Source of the DNA: Sarea resinae
Lineage: Eukaryota
DNA length: 64,000 bases
Direction: 5' to 3'
Assembly: GCA_026026165.1 (NCBI GenBank)
Contig: JAPEUD010000014.1
Coordinates: 124,001-188,000 of the forward strand
Position 1 is the first letter of the stretch. Every line of letters begins with the position of its first letter. The notes under the pieces are model-generated. The model saw only the letters and a program-made list of their open reading frames with translations, was not told the DNA's origin and did no database searches. Made by a program: the position numbers and the translations under genes. Positions 11,819-26,050 of this stretch are shown here, in pieces.

Positions 11819-14335
11819 CTACCACCCAGATCTAGAGCCCCCACCATACCCCCCGTATCCCCCCTGACTCTCGTATCCATCCCCATAATGACCATGTTGT
11901 TGATTTGGTGGTGGTGGTGGTGGCGGTTGGTCGTAAGGATATCCCGCCTGTCCCTGTCCCTGCTCCGGCGCCTGTCCGTAGCCGTATCCATATCCGTACT
12001 GTGGCTGTGGCTGTGCGGGCGGATAGCCGTACGGAGGCGCGGGAGACGTGGGCTGGTAGGGCGATGTTGATGGAGGCGGCGGCGCGGCCTGGTGCTGGGA
12101 CGGATATTGCTGGTACGGCGACGACGGCGACGAAGAAGGGTAGGGTGGGTACGGCGACTGTTGTTGCTGTTGCTGTTGCTGCTGGTGCGGCGAGTAATAC
12201 CCACCCGGCTCATGTCCCGAGGCATCAAAGGGGCCATCTTCGTCGTCGTCAATATCTCTCCTGCCCCCTCCACTGCTAAAGCCACCACCACCTAAAACCT
12301 CATCTTTGATCTTCAGCAGACTCGACCAGGGTGATCCGCTGACTTTACTATGCGAGCTCGAAGCGCCCCCACCACCAAACCCAGATGAGAAACTAGCCGG
12401 CAAGCGACCCGTGATGCTCTCGGGCAAGGCGCCATGCATATGCGCCTGCGCCTGACCGGCCAGCCCGGAAACGCCAGCACCATGGGAATGAGTATGGGCG
12501 TGGGCCTGATCGGCGGCGGCGGCACCAGCGACGTGATTGCGGCCTGCCTTGACGCCGTCCGAGGACAAAAGATCTCTGAGCGCGGCGCCACGGTCCTGCC
12601 GGTCCTGTACCCACTGCTGCACGACGGCAAACATCTTCTGCTGGATCTCGCAGTGCGGGTCGCGGATGGCTGGGTGGTGGAAGGCGCGCACGACGTCATC
12701 GAGCACCTGCTGCACGGGCACGTCCGGGTGCTCCCACGCGTACACGATGCGCGGCGCCACGTATTGCAGGGTGGTGGCGGCGACCTGGCCGGCCGGTTCG
12801 TTGAGGATGTTTGAGAAGTGATCTTTGGACAGCAGGGAGTGCGTGGGGTCGGTGCAGTGGGGATCGGTCCAGGGCTCAAACTGGTGCTTACCGCTCGCGT
12901 CGACGATGGTGCCGGACCCGGTCTTCAGCTGATTACTGACGGCTTTGATGATGGGGCGGATGTAAGGCGCAAGCAGTGAGAGTACAAAGAGCGTCAGCGT
13001 CTCCGTGATCCGTTCCACGAGCGCTTCGAGCCCCGGGATCTTTTCGATGATGCCGTTGATCGTTCGCACGACGCGGTCGCGGAACTGTAGAATCGGGTAG
13101 ATTTGCGCCGCCGTTTTCATCGGGTCAAAATCGGGGCTCAGGCCTGGGATTCCCGGGCCTGGAGGGCCGCCTTCGGAGCCGGGAGGAGCGGCAAAGGTGG
13201 GAGGCTGTCCAGAGGCTCTTGAAGCGGCGTAGTAGTCGTCTTGAGCGGCACGCTGGTTGGAAGCATCTTGGGCGTCTGCATCGGCCTGCAGTCTTGTGGC
13301 TTCGTCGCACAGTCCACGAGTCCCAGGGACCTTGGACAGCATTGAGGTAAAGAACTGCGCCTCCTGTCCGGGACCACGAGCCCCCGTTGCGGCAGAGTTG
13401 CCTTGCGTCTTCGCTTGCGCGTCACCGAGAGCCATATCTAGTTCATCAACCTCAGTCTGGGCAAAATGATCGCTGGCTTCTCCGATGACGGAATGCAAAA
13501 AGTCCACACCGCCAAAGGTGCCAGTAACGATGGGAAAAACCCGGTGTCCTCGAAGATTGATCTCCGTTGCAGCGCCAGTGTGGGGAAACACGGTCGTAAA
13601 GCCCAGCTCTCGGAGAGCCAACTCCGTATAATTAGAGTGGGCTCCGAAATCCTCCATGGTGTGAAGACCCTGTCCCAAGCATCTCAATGCCTCACACAGA
13701 TCCGCCTCCTTGCCACTCGTTCCACGCGCGCCGCTGGTGTAGACCCTGCCGAAATGAATGCTGCGCGCAAAGCTATGCTTGATATAACCCGAACTGGTAG
13801 CCCATCCGCCGCTCTCATTAGCTATGTAATTTTTCATACCCGTATTGGGATCAATCGCCAGCTCTTCCGGCATGATGGGAGGTCTCAGTCTCGCATCATA
13901 CTGTCTCGCATCGACATTGTCAGCGTAGTCTCTCGGATTATCGATATGCTCCTCCGGTCGATAAACGCCCAGTCTCTCGTCCGTGACCTCAAACTCCTCG
14001 GTAGCATATCCAAAAGAGAGGAAAGCCAGAACCCAAACGAGGATCCTGATGGTGCCAGCTTGCACGCCCTTCAGAGTGCCCACATCAACGGCCTGCGAAT
14101 AGTCGCGCAGCCAGTTGCCAAAGTAGACTCGCTTTACCATCATCGATGTCCATTTGCGGCCTTTAAGAAAGGCGATAGTCTTGAGCATATCCTCGATATC
14201 TCCATGCCGCCAATTATGCCCTTCGATCTTTGATACGGATGCGATGTTGCCTGCACCGAAAGCCGCTGCCGGAGCTGGTAGGATCAGCAGCACAGCGACG
14301 AGGAGCAGCAGAACTGTCACACCCCGGATCGCCAT
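11819..14335 (-). CDS. het-C: HET-C family protein (heterokaryon incompatibility C-like) with signal peptide and Gly/Gln/Pro/Tyr-rich tail
   Basis: Single 838-codon ORF from ATG 14335. Hydrophobic signal then AFGAGNIASVSKIEGHNWRHGDIED, KRVYFGNWLRDYSQA, RPEEHIDNP, GQGLHTMEDFGAHSNYTEL, DPTHSLLSKDHF. Confidence 0.93.
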   Translation of the reverse strand: MAIRGVTVLLLLVAVLLILPAPAAAFGAGNIASVSKIEGHNWRHGDIEDMLKTIAFLKGRKWTSMMVKRVYFGNWLRDYSQAVDVGTLKGVQAGTIRILVWVLAFLSFGYATEEFEVTDERLGVYRPEEHIDNPRDYADNVDARQYDARLRPPIMPEELAIDPNTGMKNYIANESGGWATSSGYIKHSFARSIHFGRVYTSGARGTSGKEADLCEALRCLGQGLHTMEDFGAHSNYTELALRELGFTTVFPHTGAATEINLRGHRVFPIVTGTFGGVDFLHSVIGEASDHFAQTEVDELDMALGDAQAKTQGNSAATGARGPGQEAQFFTSMLSKVPGTRGLCDEATRLQADADAQDASNQRAAQDDYYAASRASGQPPTFAAPPGSEGGPPGPGIPGLSPDFDPMKTAAQIYPILQFRDRVVRTINGIIEKIPGLEALVERITETLTLFVLSLLAPYIRPIIKAVSNQLKTGSGTIVDASGKHQFEPWTDPHCTDPTHSLLSKDHFSNILNEPAGQVAATTLQYVAPRIVYAWEHPDVPVQQVLDDVVRAFHHPAIRDPHCEIQQKMFAVVQQWVQDRQDRGAALRDLLSSDGVKAGRNHVAGAAAADQAHAHTHSHGAGVSGLAGQAQAHMHGALPESITGRLPASFSSGFGGGGASSSHSKVSGSPWSSLLKIKDEVLGGGGFSSGGGRRDIDDDEDGPFDASGHEPGGYYSPHQQQQQQQQQSPYPPYPSSSPSSPYQQYPSQHQAAPPPPSTSPYQPTSPAPPYGYPPAQPQPQYGYGYGYGQAPEQGQGQAGYPYDQPPPPPPPNQQHGHYGDGYESQGGYGGYGGGSRSGW

Positions 14336-15065
14336 TCTGTTGGGTCGAGGCGTTCGATTTTCTCGTGCTCGAGCAGTCACAAGAGCTTCAGGTCGCTTTG
14401 TCTTCCGTCACTATATATCTGTTAGCATCGAGAAACCACAGCTCATGCGATCTATTTACGTTGGACTAGCTGGAAGTCTTTAGATGATAGAATTGCTCAA
14501 CATCGAATTCGCAGTGATAGGAAGTGTATGATTCTATTCATATGAATAATGGAATAATATTGAATTTCGAAGGAGGCGGTGCTGATGACTATGGTCGGCG
14601 ACCGGTTGTGGCTCAGCCGCTCAGTGCAGCTGAAGTTCCAGCTGACTTGATCAACAACAAACACCAGCGTCATCACCGAGCCCCGCCGATGCCCCGCCAA
14701 GCCACACCATATTCGTCCGGAAGCAGCATCTTGGCAAACAACACCCCTCGTAGTGTGTACCTCACATACTGCCTTTGGTCTTCACTACTGAGTAATACTA
14801 AGTAATTGCACATGAATAGTCGTAGCACTGTAATTCTTGATCTCCTTTGAGTTACCACCGATTGTACAGTCCTTCAAACCACCAAAATTGCCACCGTATG
14901 TATACTCGAAGAATATCTTGCCCAGGAGCATCGACACGCCATCACATCATCATCTATCTACGTCATCGCTGGCCGAAATTTGAAGAAAAGGAAAAATGTC
15001 AAAACTTCACCCGCTTAGAAAAAAGAGGCGCTGGAAAATCATAAGATACTGCGTAATTGCGCCAC

Positions 15066-16896
15066 CTAAACTCCCCACAGTCCAATGGCAACAGCCGCGC
15101 CCAAGATCCAGGCACCAGCGGTCTGTTTTCCAGCAGCAGACTTCTTCTTCGAGCCAGTGGCAGTGGCAGTGGCAGACGCAGACGCAGTGGACGTACCAGA
15201 CGACGTCGCAGTTGAAGATGAGCTAGAGGCACTGCTAGAAGATCCGCTAGTATTCTGGCCACTCGGGGTGTTGCTTTCATCACTAGGAAGCGGCTTGATC
15301 GCCAGGTTCTGGATGAGGTTCCCACTGCTGTCATAGACTGGTTCGTTAACTTTCGTGTCGGTCACTTGGACCAATTTGCCGTTGTTCGGCTTGCTGATGC
15401 CATTATCAATGAGCTGCTGCCCACCGGACGGAACAGCTGGGAGGGTCCAATTCGAGGCGTAGCTCGAAGAACTGATGAGGCTGTTGGAGCAAGTGGGAGC
15501 CGTCAAGGATGTTGCAGTCGAGTTGCCCGATTCAAGAAGGGTCGTGTTGAGTTTGTTATACTGGCTCTGAAGGTTGTCGAAGTCGGTAAGCAGCTGGGTT
15601 GTGCCATTGGAATTCAGATCTACAAGTCCGAAATTGGAAACCTCGTTTGAGAACTCGTAGATCAATCCTCCGCTCATGACAGGCGTCATTTGAGGACCAT
15701 AGAGAGCTTGGACTTCATCAAACACTCGCGGCGTGACTTTGTTGCAACCATACTCGGAAAAGAAGATTGGGATCGTCGTGTTTGAGAACATCTGGGTAAG
15801 GACATCATAGCCAGAGCTCTGGAAGGTCGCACTGCCGCCGCACCACGAGTAAGAGTTCAAACCTTTTCGTACGTTGTTAGCACGTCTACATAGAATTCCA
15901 AATGGTATACAAACCGAAGAAGTCTGAGCGCGAAGTGTCATTGGAGCTACCATCAATGGCACATTGAAGATACTCCCAAGTGTCTCCCAAGATGTCACGA
16001 ACATCGGCAGCAGAATAGCCAACAGGAATAGCGCGCGTGGAGTGCTTGGCAACGTAGTCCTTCAGGTCTCTTTGGACGGCCTGTCGTTGTATAGAAACAT
16101 CAATTAATATGAAAAATCGCCATGATGAGATATTGGGAATGGAACAGTTTACTCACTCTGATATACGGTGGAACAGTACCCCCTGTCGGGTCATCGTTGA
16201 TAACCTCGTTACCAGCGAAGAAACCCAACGTGTTTGGATAATTCTTGAAGGCCTCGACCACACCAAAGATCCTTTTCAGGTAACTTGCTGTATAGGAGCC
16301 AGCCGGGTCCGAGCGATCAATGTTCTCGCCTTGCAAGGGAGAATTGACGTCGACCAACATATAAATCCCGACGGCGTTGAATATGCTCGCGCATTGATCA
16401 TGGTTGATGGAGGGATCGACATTATACATTCGGATAGTGTTGATCTAGCCGCCTTTTAGTGGTCGCCCAACAATGACATTGGAAGCTGAATCATCTCACT
16501 CCAAGCGTCTGCATGAGGGCAGCATCGCGTAAACAAGCGGTCCCATTGCTGAGCGGATCAATGCCCGAGCCTGGATTGTAGCCAGAGGAACCGCCGGGCT
16601 GATAGCTGTTGGAGGTATCAGTGAAAGTCCACGGCCGGACCAATAAATACACTCACTCAACCCCGATTATCTGGAATCGATCATTGGTCACAGAATTGAC
16701 GAATTCGGATCCTTGGACTTTAATCGTTTGCACGGCGGAAGTGATGCCGGCGCAGAGCGCAACGAGCGCGAGAAGCGAGCGACGAGGCTGGATGGAATGT
16801 TCGTATCAGCTCGGGCTCTATCGATGGCTGACTCACCAGCGTCTCTTTTTCCAATCGAACGCGAACGTATTTGAATGAGCTTTTACTCACCACCAT
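15066..16896 (-). CDS. GH72 beta-1,3-glucanosyltransferase (Gas/Gel family), GPI-anchored, no X8 domain evident
   Basis: Exons 16896-16891, 16787-16657, 16605-16500, 16444-16157, 16080-15915, 15862-15066. Motifs GVDYQPGG, DPLS..CLRDA, NTIRMYNVDP, FFAGNEVIN, GLNSYSWCG, FFSEYGCN. Ser/Thr tail and hydrophobic GPI signal. Confidence 0.93.
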
Positions 16897-18286
16897 CGTA
16901 TTTAGCAATGAAGCGATTGAGCGATTGAACCAAACTAAGCAATTCAGAGGCGATAAAGCGAGTGGAACCGGTCCGGAAGGTCCTGCTGATAAGCCGAACG
17001 AATGAGGCCTCTGTCAATTAGCAATCATAGATTGCGAAAGCGAAAGTGAGAAAGCAATCGAGGGCTCTTGGGCCACGAGGGACGCAGCTATATGCTCAGC
17101 ATGCACAGAGGTGTTGAGGGGAGCAAAGAAGAGGAAGAAGAGGAAGACAAAGACAAAGACAAAGGCGGATCACCACATGGAATCAACCACAAGAGGAAGG
17201 ACGAGATCTGGGCGGCGGGCGGTCCTTAGCGGTTTCTGCGGTGCCATCGGGTGGTGTGCTGGTTGGTGCTGCTGCCCCTGCCGCCAGCCAGCGGCGCCGC
17301 TTCGCCAATGCGGTAATTGCGGCCACAGTTGTATGCAGGCCGGCATCGTGATGGGTGTGACTGGACGGGATCAACGATGGCTGCATTTGGAGTCTATTTA
17401 TTGATAGCTATATGTGCATATCTCCGTACCTACCTACCTCCGGGCTACCAAGGCAGCATCGTGAACAGCAAAGTCCTCGCCAGCATCACGAGAGAGAGAC
17501 ACAGAAGACAGAGAAGTCTCCAGCCTACCTTTAGAGAGGTCTCATTGTCGATCTCTTAATCCTCGACAATGGGTTCCCTTTCGATGTTGGTGGTACATAT
17601 CATATACAATATTGAAGGGTCCAGACAGACCCCCGGCCCATTCATGCATGATACACTGGCTCTTCCCTTCTCATGAAAGTTGAAACATTGCCTGTCGCGA
17701 CATCTTCCCTCATGCTACCTACGGTACGCAGCCACCACTTACTTTACCGACGCGGCCATATACGAACAATTTGGCCATATTCTAGTTGACAGGTCCCACC
17801 GCATATGCTGAATTTTGACTATTCAAGTCTTTCTCGTACTCTTTTACCAGTCATAGCGGGACATGCTTCTGCTTCGCCTCCTTCGGGCTTCTGATAATAT
17901 CACATCTCATGTAGGGTTTCGGCACCTTCGAGCTGCCACCATCGTGATCTGCATCCGCGCATGTCAATTGAGACTAATACAGGCAAGAAGGCGGGCATGT
18001 CGTTGATACGACTCCGTGCCCAAGGCGAAACCCAAACCATAACCACTTAGCCCTTTGGAACGCTTCTATACATCAAGAACCTGGCCTGGAAAAGATGACC
18101 TAAAAGCCCGTATGCTCCCAATACGCGAATAACGTTGATAGATATGTACAGAGCGATACAGTAGAGAAGAAAAAGGGAGGCCATCGTCGTAAAATCGATG
18201 TGAAGAGTATGACGACAAATAAGCTCCCGCCCCCAATACCAGGAAAGGTAAAAAGTTGAATTGGTACAAGGAGATGAGCAGGAAAT

Positions 18287-19015
18287 TTACTCTACTCCAG
18301 CGGCACTGTCAGATGACGAACCGGCGAGGGAGCCGGCAGGGATGCTGGGATCTTGCGCGATCATCTCCGCAAGAATATCAAGAACCGGCTAGACATGCGA
18401 GTCAGTAGCTGGCCATAGAAAACATTCCACCATACAGCTGCTGGCATTTGTTATCATACCTTGGGCACCGTCTTGTCGTATATGTTGATGAGATCTTTGG
18501 GCTGAGGGTAGACCTTCAGAGCCTTATAGAAGCACAGAGCTGCCTCGACTTGTTCGGATCCTGATAGGAAATAATCAATGAGTATTTCGTCAAGGCACAT
18601 GCTCGGCATCTGGGAAACAAACCGTCGGAGCATAGCGATTCTCCACGTGCAACTTCGTTCATAAAGTAGGCCTCCTTCTCTTCGACATCGGTCGGGAATC
18701 CTTCCTCCTTGGCCGCCTCGACCGCAGCTTTAATGGCTTCTCGCTGTCGCGCTCCATGTGCCTCTGCTTCCTCCTTGGCTGCCTTTGCTTGGCGACGCGC
18801 TTCGCGCTTCAGCGACTTTCGGAAGCCGGGGTCATTGCGGCGTTTGTAATCGAAGTAGGCGGCATAAGCTGAGAACGGTGAATGATTAGAGACAACAATC
18901 AATGGAGGTAGATAGAACCCGGCTGAAGGGGTGATTGCAATAGCGTACCTAAAACGCCTGTAACCACAGTGCCGACCGAGACGGTCACGATGGTCGATGT
19001 ACTGACTGAAGCCAT
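18287..19015 (-). CDS. TOM20: Mitochondrial import receptor Tom20
   Basis: Four exons. N-terminal TM then [78 protein letters not shown]. Confidence 0.95.
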
Positions 19016-19346
19016 GCGGGACTGTGTAAATCGATGCCGCTTCTGCGTTCTAGAAGCTGACTTTTGGCTGACTCTTTTTAGGACGCGGAAGAATGACGAG
19101 GGTATCTGTTGTGGTAGGCAGCGACAGAGCACAGGATATTTTTGAGGGAGGCTTTGGCTCTAGAGTTTTGTACGGCCGGCTTTGCACGCATTGGTGCAGT
19201 TCTTGACCGAGTGGAGCTCAAAGCTTCCCCGTACTGTGAGTAGGACTGCTCCGTGTATTACGCATCACATCACATCACATCACCAACAGCGATAGCAACC
19301 GCTTGCCAGCCGGAGACGCAGAGCATACACAATATCTGCAGGCACA

Positions 19347-21517
19347 ATGGACGAGAAGAACGAGAAGAGCAAGGGAATCTCGCTGCGCAAAAAGCGCCAG
19401 AATCGACCAAAGATCAGCGCCCCCCAACAGATCTCCGGCCCTACGCCTTCGTCACAAGGGGCTTCTTTGCAGTTGAAAGGCGAAGCCACAAAACGAGACA
19501 CTCCCTCGGAACGCCCACAGCTTGGAGGGAAGACTGCGGATCTGGTCAAGAGAAGGTACTCGACACGCTTTACTCAACCTCCAGACCTTTCTTCTGCTCG
19601 TGGCGTCCCAGTCCCTTCCGTGCCGTCAATACCAGGTCAGTATGCTCCCGGCAAGCCAGTTGGCCATGGTCCACCATCGAGCGGATCTCATGCAGTCCCT
19701 GTCGACTTGAATGTCTTGCAGGATCCCAATTTACAGCCAGAGAAGTGTAAGTCTTCTTTCAGCCAGCTGAATTCTTTGGGGACCATGCTTATTCTCGAGC
19801 AGACGTCGCCAGTATACTTTCCGATGCCTCTGAGCAGGATATCCGCGACTATCAAATGAGTTTACGAAAAGCCAAGAACCGCACCTCGGCAGACCTGCAG
19901 CAAAACGTCTTCCAAAATCGCACGCAATTTATAAAAATCAGTAAGGAGGCTGAGCGACTCAAAGGCGAAATGAGGACTTTGCGCACTCTCATGACGGAGC
20001 TCACGAGCGCCTTAAGCCAAGCTACTGCAACAACATCGGGATCTCGAACTCCTACATACGAATTGGCGGCCCGCAAACAAGCTAATAGAAGCTCGGTCGC
20101 CAATCTAGAAGCTCTCTGGAACACGCAACTGCAAACACTCTGGAAAACGGTGGAGGGCTCACAGAAGTACCTTCCTGCCGTACCCGGACGGCATATTGTG
20201 CGCGAGTCTGACCACTGGGTCGAACTCGATGCTGCTACTTGGAAAGTCAAACGAGATGTACGCTTGTGCTTACTGAATGACCATTTCTTGGTCGCGTCCA
20301 AGAAAAAGCGTCGTGGTGACGGGCCTACTCCGCAGGGACCTGGCCAAAAACCGGTCCCGGTGAAACTCGTCGCCGAAAGGTGCTGGCCACTCCAAGATAT
20401 CGAGATGCTCGAGCTTTCTTCCGCCTCTAGCATGACAGCCGCGAATCCTCGGCGCGAAAAAGAAAGCCTTGCCAATGCTATCCTCGTTCGCGTCGGTCGG
20501 GAGTCCTTCACCTACAAATACCGCAAAGAAGATGAAACCGAGATGATTGGCCTATTATTGGCTTTTCGCAAAGCCGCTGAAGATCTCCGCCGTCTCTTGC
20601 GGGCCGAAACCGAGGACAAAAGCAAGGCCCGAGACTCCTTCAACTACTTCACCTCTCGTGATCCTGGCCTTTTGAAGAAAGCCGAGCTTCTAGAATCTTT
20701 ATCCGATAACATGAACAAAGATCGGCCCAACGTCATGATCGATGTCGACGGCAAGCAGCAGAACCTGCGATGGCTGGAGAATGAGATGGACGAATTAGAT
20801 ATCTCAATCGCACTTCAGCGATTTGAGGAAGCTGTAGCCAAGGTTGAGACCTTGAAGAAGCTTGTCAAGGGCCTGAAGGGCAATGCGATGGCTCAGGAAC
20901 TCATTGCTTTCAAAGCCGATGAGAGAGCTGGCAAACTTGCTGCGATGATCATTAGGGAATTGGTGGATGCGCACTCCTATCCGAATGCCACGCAAAGACA
21001 CGTGGGCTGGTTGACACGACTGGGGTATGAAGATCAAGCCAGAGAAGCATACCTAGATGCCAGAAGTAGCCTCATAAGGAAGCGCATTCGGTAAGCTCTA
21101 AACCTGCCTCGATCAACCCCCACATGAATAGACAAGTTCTGATGACATTCTGCCAACAGTCAATGCATTTTTGAAGGCGATCTTCACCTCTACATTTACC
21201 AAATATCCTTTATCTCCTTCACCGTCATCCGCAACACATTCAACATCTACATGCAGTGCTTCCCTCCGCAGCTGATGTCTTCATGCGTGAAGTGGGCGAA
21301 AGAACATGTTGACGATTTCAACAAGATTCTGGCGAGGCAGCTGAGTAGCGTAGATCCCGAGAACCCTGTGTGGGCCGAATGCATGGATAGGGCCAGGACG
21401 CATGCGAGTATGCTGAACGACGTGGGGTTAGACTTCAAAGAACTAATTGGCAGAGGGATAGAGGATGAAGCGACAGAGGATGGAGACCAGCGACCTGTAG
21501 GTCTGGGTCTGGAATGA
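19347..21517 (+). CDS. EXO84: Exocyst subunit Exo84
   Basis: Exons ~19347-19746, 19803-21091, ~21160-21517. KISAP motif, KRRYSTR, DLQQNVFQNRTQFIKISKEAE, PH domain (CLLNDHFLVA, CWPLQDI), LTRLGYEDQAREAYL. Confidence 0.93.
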
Positions 21518-22255
21518 GAAGGATGCTTGCGCTTTAGCTCCTAAGGTACCTACTACGCGTTGTACATAATGGACCATCTAAATGTCCCTGTGAGGTGGCA
21601 GGCAATGAGCGGTGCTAGGGAGTATCTGATGTGAGTATGGCTACGATTTTGGTGTTTACATTGACCTCGGGCTCATCTCGTTGTCGCGTGCCTTGTCGGG
21701 GACCCTTTCAGTTCATATCTGGGGGATGAGGCTGTGCGCGTGTTAACTCTTCGCTTGCGCCACAGTTCCTCCTTCATCCCCTTCCATCTGTACTGAGTAC
21801 GGAGTAGATGGATGGATACCTCCACTGGGGGGCGTAGTCGTGGTGTGGGTGTGGTACCGTAGCAAGTCGCACAACTTCACATCTCCTGGCCGCCCACGCA
21901 ACAACAGCACGATCAATCAACTTCCATCAAGATTTCTGATACAGGTAGCCCCCGTCCGTTAAGCTTCCTTTGATCGAACCGGATTCTTTCCAGGCGCCCC
22001 CTTCACGACAGCAGACACAACGAGCACCCTTGCATATTTACTTCTCCATTTCATCATCTCTCGTCACGACGATACGCTGGTGCTAGAACATTTGCATCAT
22101 CACGATACATGATCTGCTCGTAGAGCTTTACTACAACATCAGCTTCACAGCGACACAGCGACACAGTCGTTAAAGCTTAGCCGGTAGCCATCCCGAATAC
22201 GAATTTCTGCTCCGTCTAGGCCTTCCATCGACTTCATAATTGGCATCCTTCCATC

Positions 22256-23546
<1,291 letters not shown>

Positions 23547-24327
23547 ACGGCGTCTCTGTTTCTATTTCTCGTTCATTGGCCTGTATATAGGGCAGCAGTC
23601 AATGGACCATGATATTGCGCATCGTCTGATGTGGAGCTGATGTGACGATCATTCCGCGAGTGTCAAGGCCTGACCCATTCGGCTTCAAGAATTGGACCTT
23701 CTCCATGTGGGCCCGTAAGCTGACGTATCTCCAAGCCTACGTTTTGAGGTTTTACTATGCACCACCTTTCGCCCTCAAGTACCCCTCTTGGTTGTTTAGG
23801 CACTGAACCACATTAAGGATGCCCTTGTAAAATACCGGATCGTATTCCTTTTCCTCTATATGTATGACGATGCTCAAACGCAGACATACGAGCTTCGAAG
23901 AAGTATGCAATACTCTCATCGATGGCGCATGTTGTGACCATCTCCAAGTACTCGGTACTTGCTATGTCCAACGATGAATTGCAGACGGGTCTGCTTGCTC
24001 GCATCAAAGTGGCAAAGCTAGTACATATATCTAGATGAAAGAAGTCTGATAATCGAGCAAGAACTGGAATAGCACGAATATTGTATTTGGGTCGATTTGG
24101 TAAATATTGGGTATGGACTGACGAGCAAGGGATGGATCTCATAGCGGCCTTCCGAATCGGTCGTAGAGTCAAGCGATAGTCCAGCCGGCGAACTCCATCA
24201 CCACCAGATATATCAATAGTAACATCGCTGCCTCCAGCTATTATAGCTGCCTCACCTCTGCTCTATCTGCTCTATAACAACTGCTCCAATACTCCTCTCA
24301 TCTCACAGTGTCTATCATCTCACCATC

Positions 24328-25247
24328 ATGTCGAATCCCTCCCAACTCTTCCTCTTGGCCGACCATATCAAACTGTCGCTTCTCGAGCGCCAAAGAGCCA
24401 TATCACTGAACCTCGAGCCGAATTCCCAAGATGGGCAGATCTCGCAGTCCCTGGAATCTTTCCGGGAGGGGCTGGAAGCTATCGAGACAGAGTGCTCGCG
24501 GCTAGAGGAATCTGGCGATCCGTAAGGCTTTCTTCGTCCGCCAAAGTAACACTCAGAAGTATATCTGACACGAGCATTGGAAACTTGGGCAGATCATCCA
24601 ACAATCTCCGCGACGAATCAGCACGTCTCCGAACCCAATACGACGATCTTACATCCCAATTTCGTGGCTTCCCAAGCAGCAGTAGTCCGGCGAACGCGAA
24701 CGCACCCAACACCTCCAGTCTAGCGCACCCCAATAATCCCTCCCTGACCACCGACTTCTCGAACGCATCCACCACCTCGCCCACTGGGAACTCTTCCCGC
24801 AAACGCTCGCCGCTCCCCTCGAAATCCGTCCGCTTCACGGACAACCCTCCCGACGACGAGGACGCCGAAGACGCCGCCAACCGCGCGGCACTCTTCCCTT
24901 ACCGCGACGAGCCCTCGCCCGGCCCGCCGGACCCCTCCAACCTCACCAACCAGCAGATCCACGCCTACCACAGCACGGTGCTGCGCGACCAGGACGACCA
25001 GCTCGATCGGCTGGGCGAGAGCATCCACCGCCAGCGCGACCTGAGTATCCAGATCGGCGACGAGCTGGACAGCCACGTGCAGCTCCTCGACAGCGTCGAC
25101 GACAGCGTCGACCGGAACCAGCAGCGTATCGACACGGCCAAAAGGCGGCTCAACCATGTCGCCCGCCGAGCGAGGGATCATCTGCAGTTGACGATTATTC
25201 TGATCCTGATCATCATCCTAGTCCTCCTGATTATCATCCTGAAATGA
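24328..25247 (+). CDS. SYN8: Syntaxin-8-like Qc-SNARE
   Basis: Exons 24328-24521 and 24593-25247. N-terminal LFLLADHIKLSLLERQRA, SNARE motif QDDQLDRLGESIHRQRDLSIQIGDELD, C-terminal TM anchor. Confidence 0.88.
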
Positions 25248-25284
25248 GCCCGTGGGCCTTGGACCTAGCCACCCACCTAGGCTC

Positions 25285-26050
25285 CTGTCCCGCTCGTTAC
25301 TCTTTTCCTTTCTTTTCTTTTCTTTTCTTTTCTTTCCTCTGTTTTCCTTTGTTTCCCTCCTGCTTGGGTCCGGACATCTATGGCGTCTCTGTGTATGTGG
25401 GGCAAAGCAGGCCAGGCCAGGGCAAGGCACGGACGGGCGTGCAAGCGTATACACAGGCAGTGTTGCATCTAAACCAATCTCTTCCCCCATCCTACTCCGC
25501 CTTCCCACAAAACCATCTTCACCCTTTTCCATATCGTTCTCCTTCCCAAAATCCTAAGATACGAATACTGCGCTCTAGAAGCCATCCCGCCAGCCAGTCA
25601 GCCAGCCATCTAGCTTAACTGACTAAATTAACTACCTATTTATTTACTTGTATACCTATATACCTACCGCCTATCATTTGTCGTCGCCTGTGCCTGTGCC
25701 CTCTTTCTTTTTGGGTTTTTTTGGTCTCGTTTTGGGGGGTTTTTACCTTTGTCAGATGTGTTGTTTACTGCTGCTGCTGCTGCTATTGCTGCCGAATTCT
25801 CCCACCGACCTACTTACGCACCTACATACCTACTGGCAAGCTACCTACCTATCCATTCTATCTCTCTCTCTCTCTCTCGCAGTAGAAACAATGAAATGGC
25901 ACGTCCTGTCTCCATCGTCCTAACCTAATTCCCTGGGCAGGCGAAGCCGCAGAACCTACTGAGCCCACTAGATCACTGGACCACTGAACCACTGAACCTC
26001 TGAACCCCACTGAATCACTGAATCACGTAATCACTGAACCCACTTGACAA
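25285..26050. repeat. Microsatellite-rich island incl. (TTTTC)n, (CTG)n, (TC)n and degenerate (CCACTGAA)n at ~25972-26047
   Basis: Directly visible tandem arrays between convergent SYN8 and the small mitochondrial-type gene. Confidence 0.8.

Noticed and set aside
21945..22150. Putative 5'-UTR intron of PP2A
   Set aside because: Donor and acceptor plausible but no clear branch point; cannot be supported without RNA data.
25972..26047. CCACTGAA repeats as a CRISPR-like array
   Set aside because: 8-nt tandem units with no spacers, in a eukaryotic genome.
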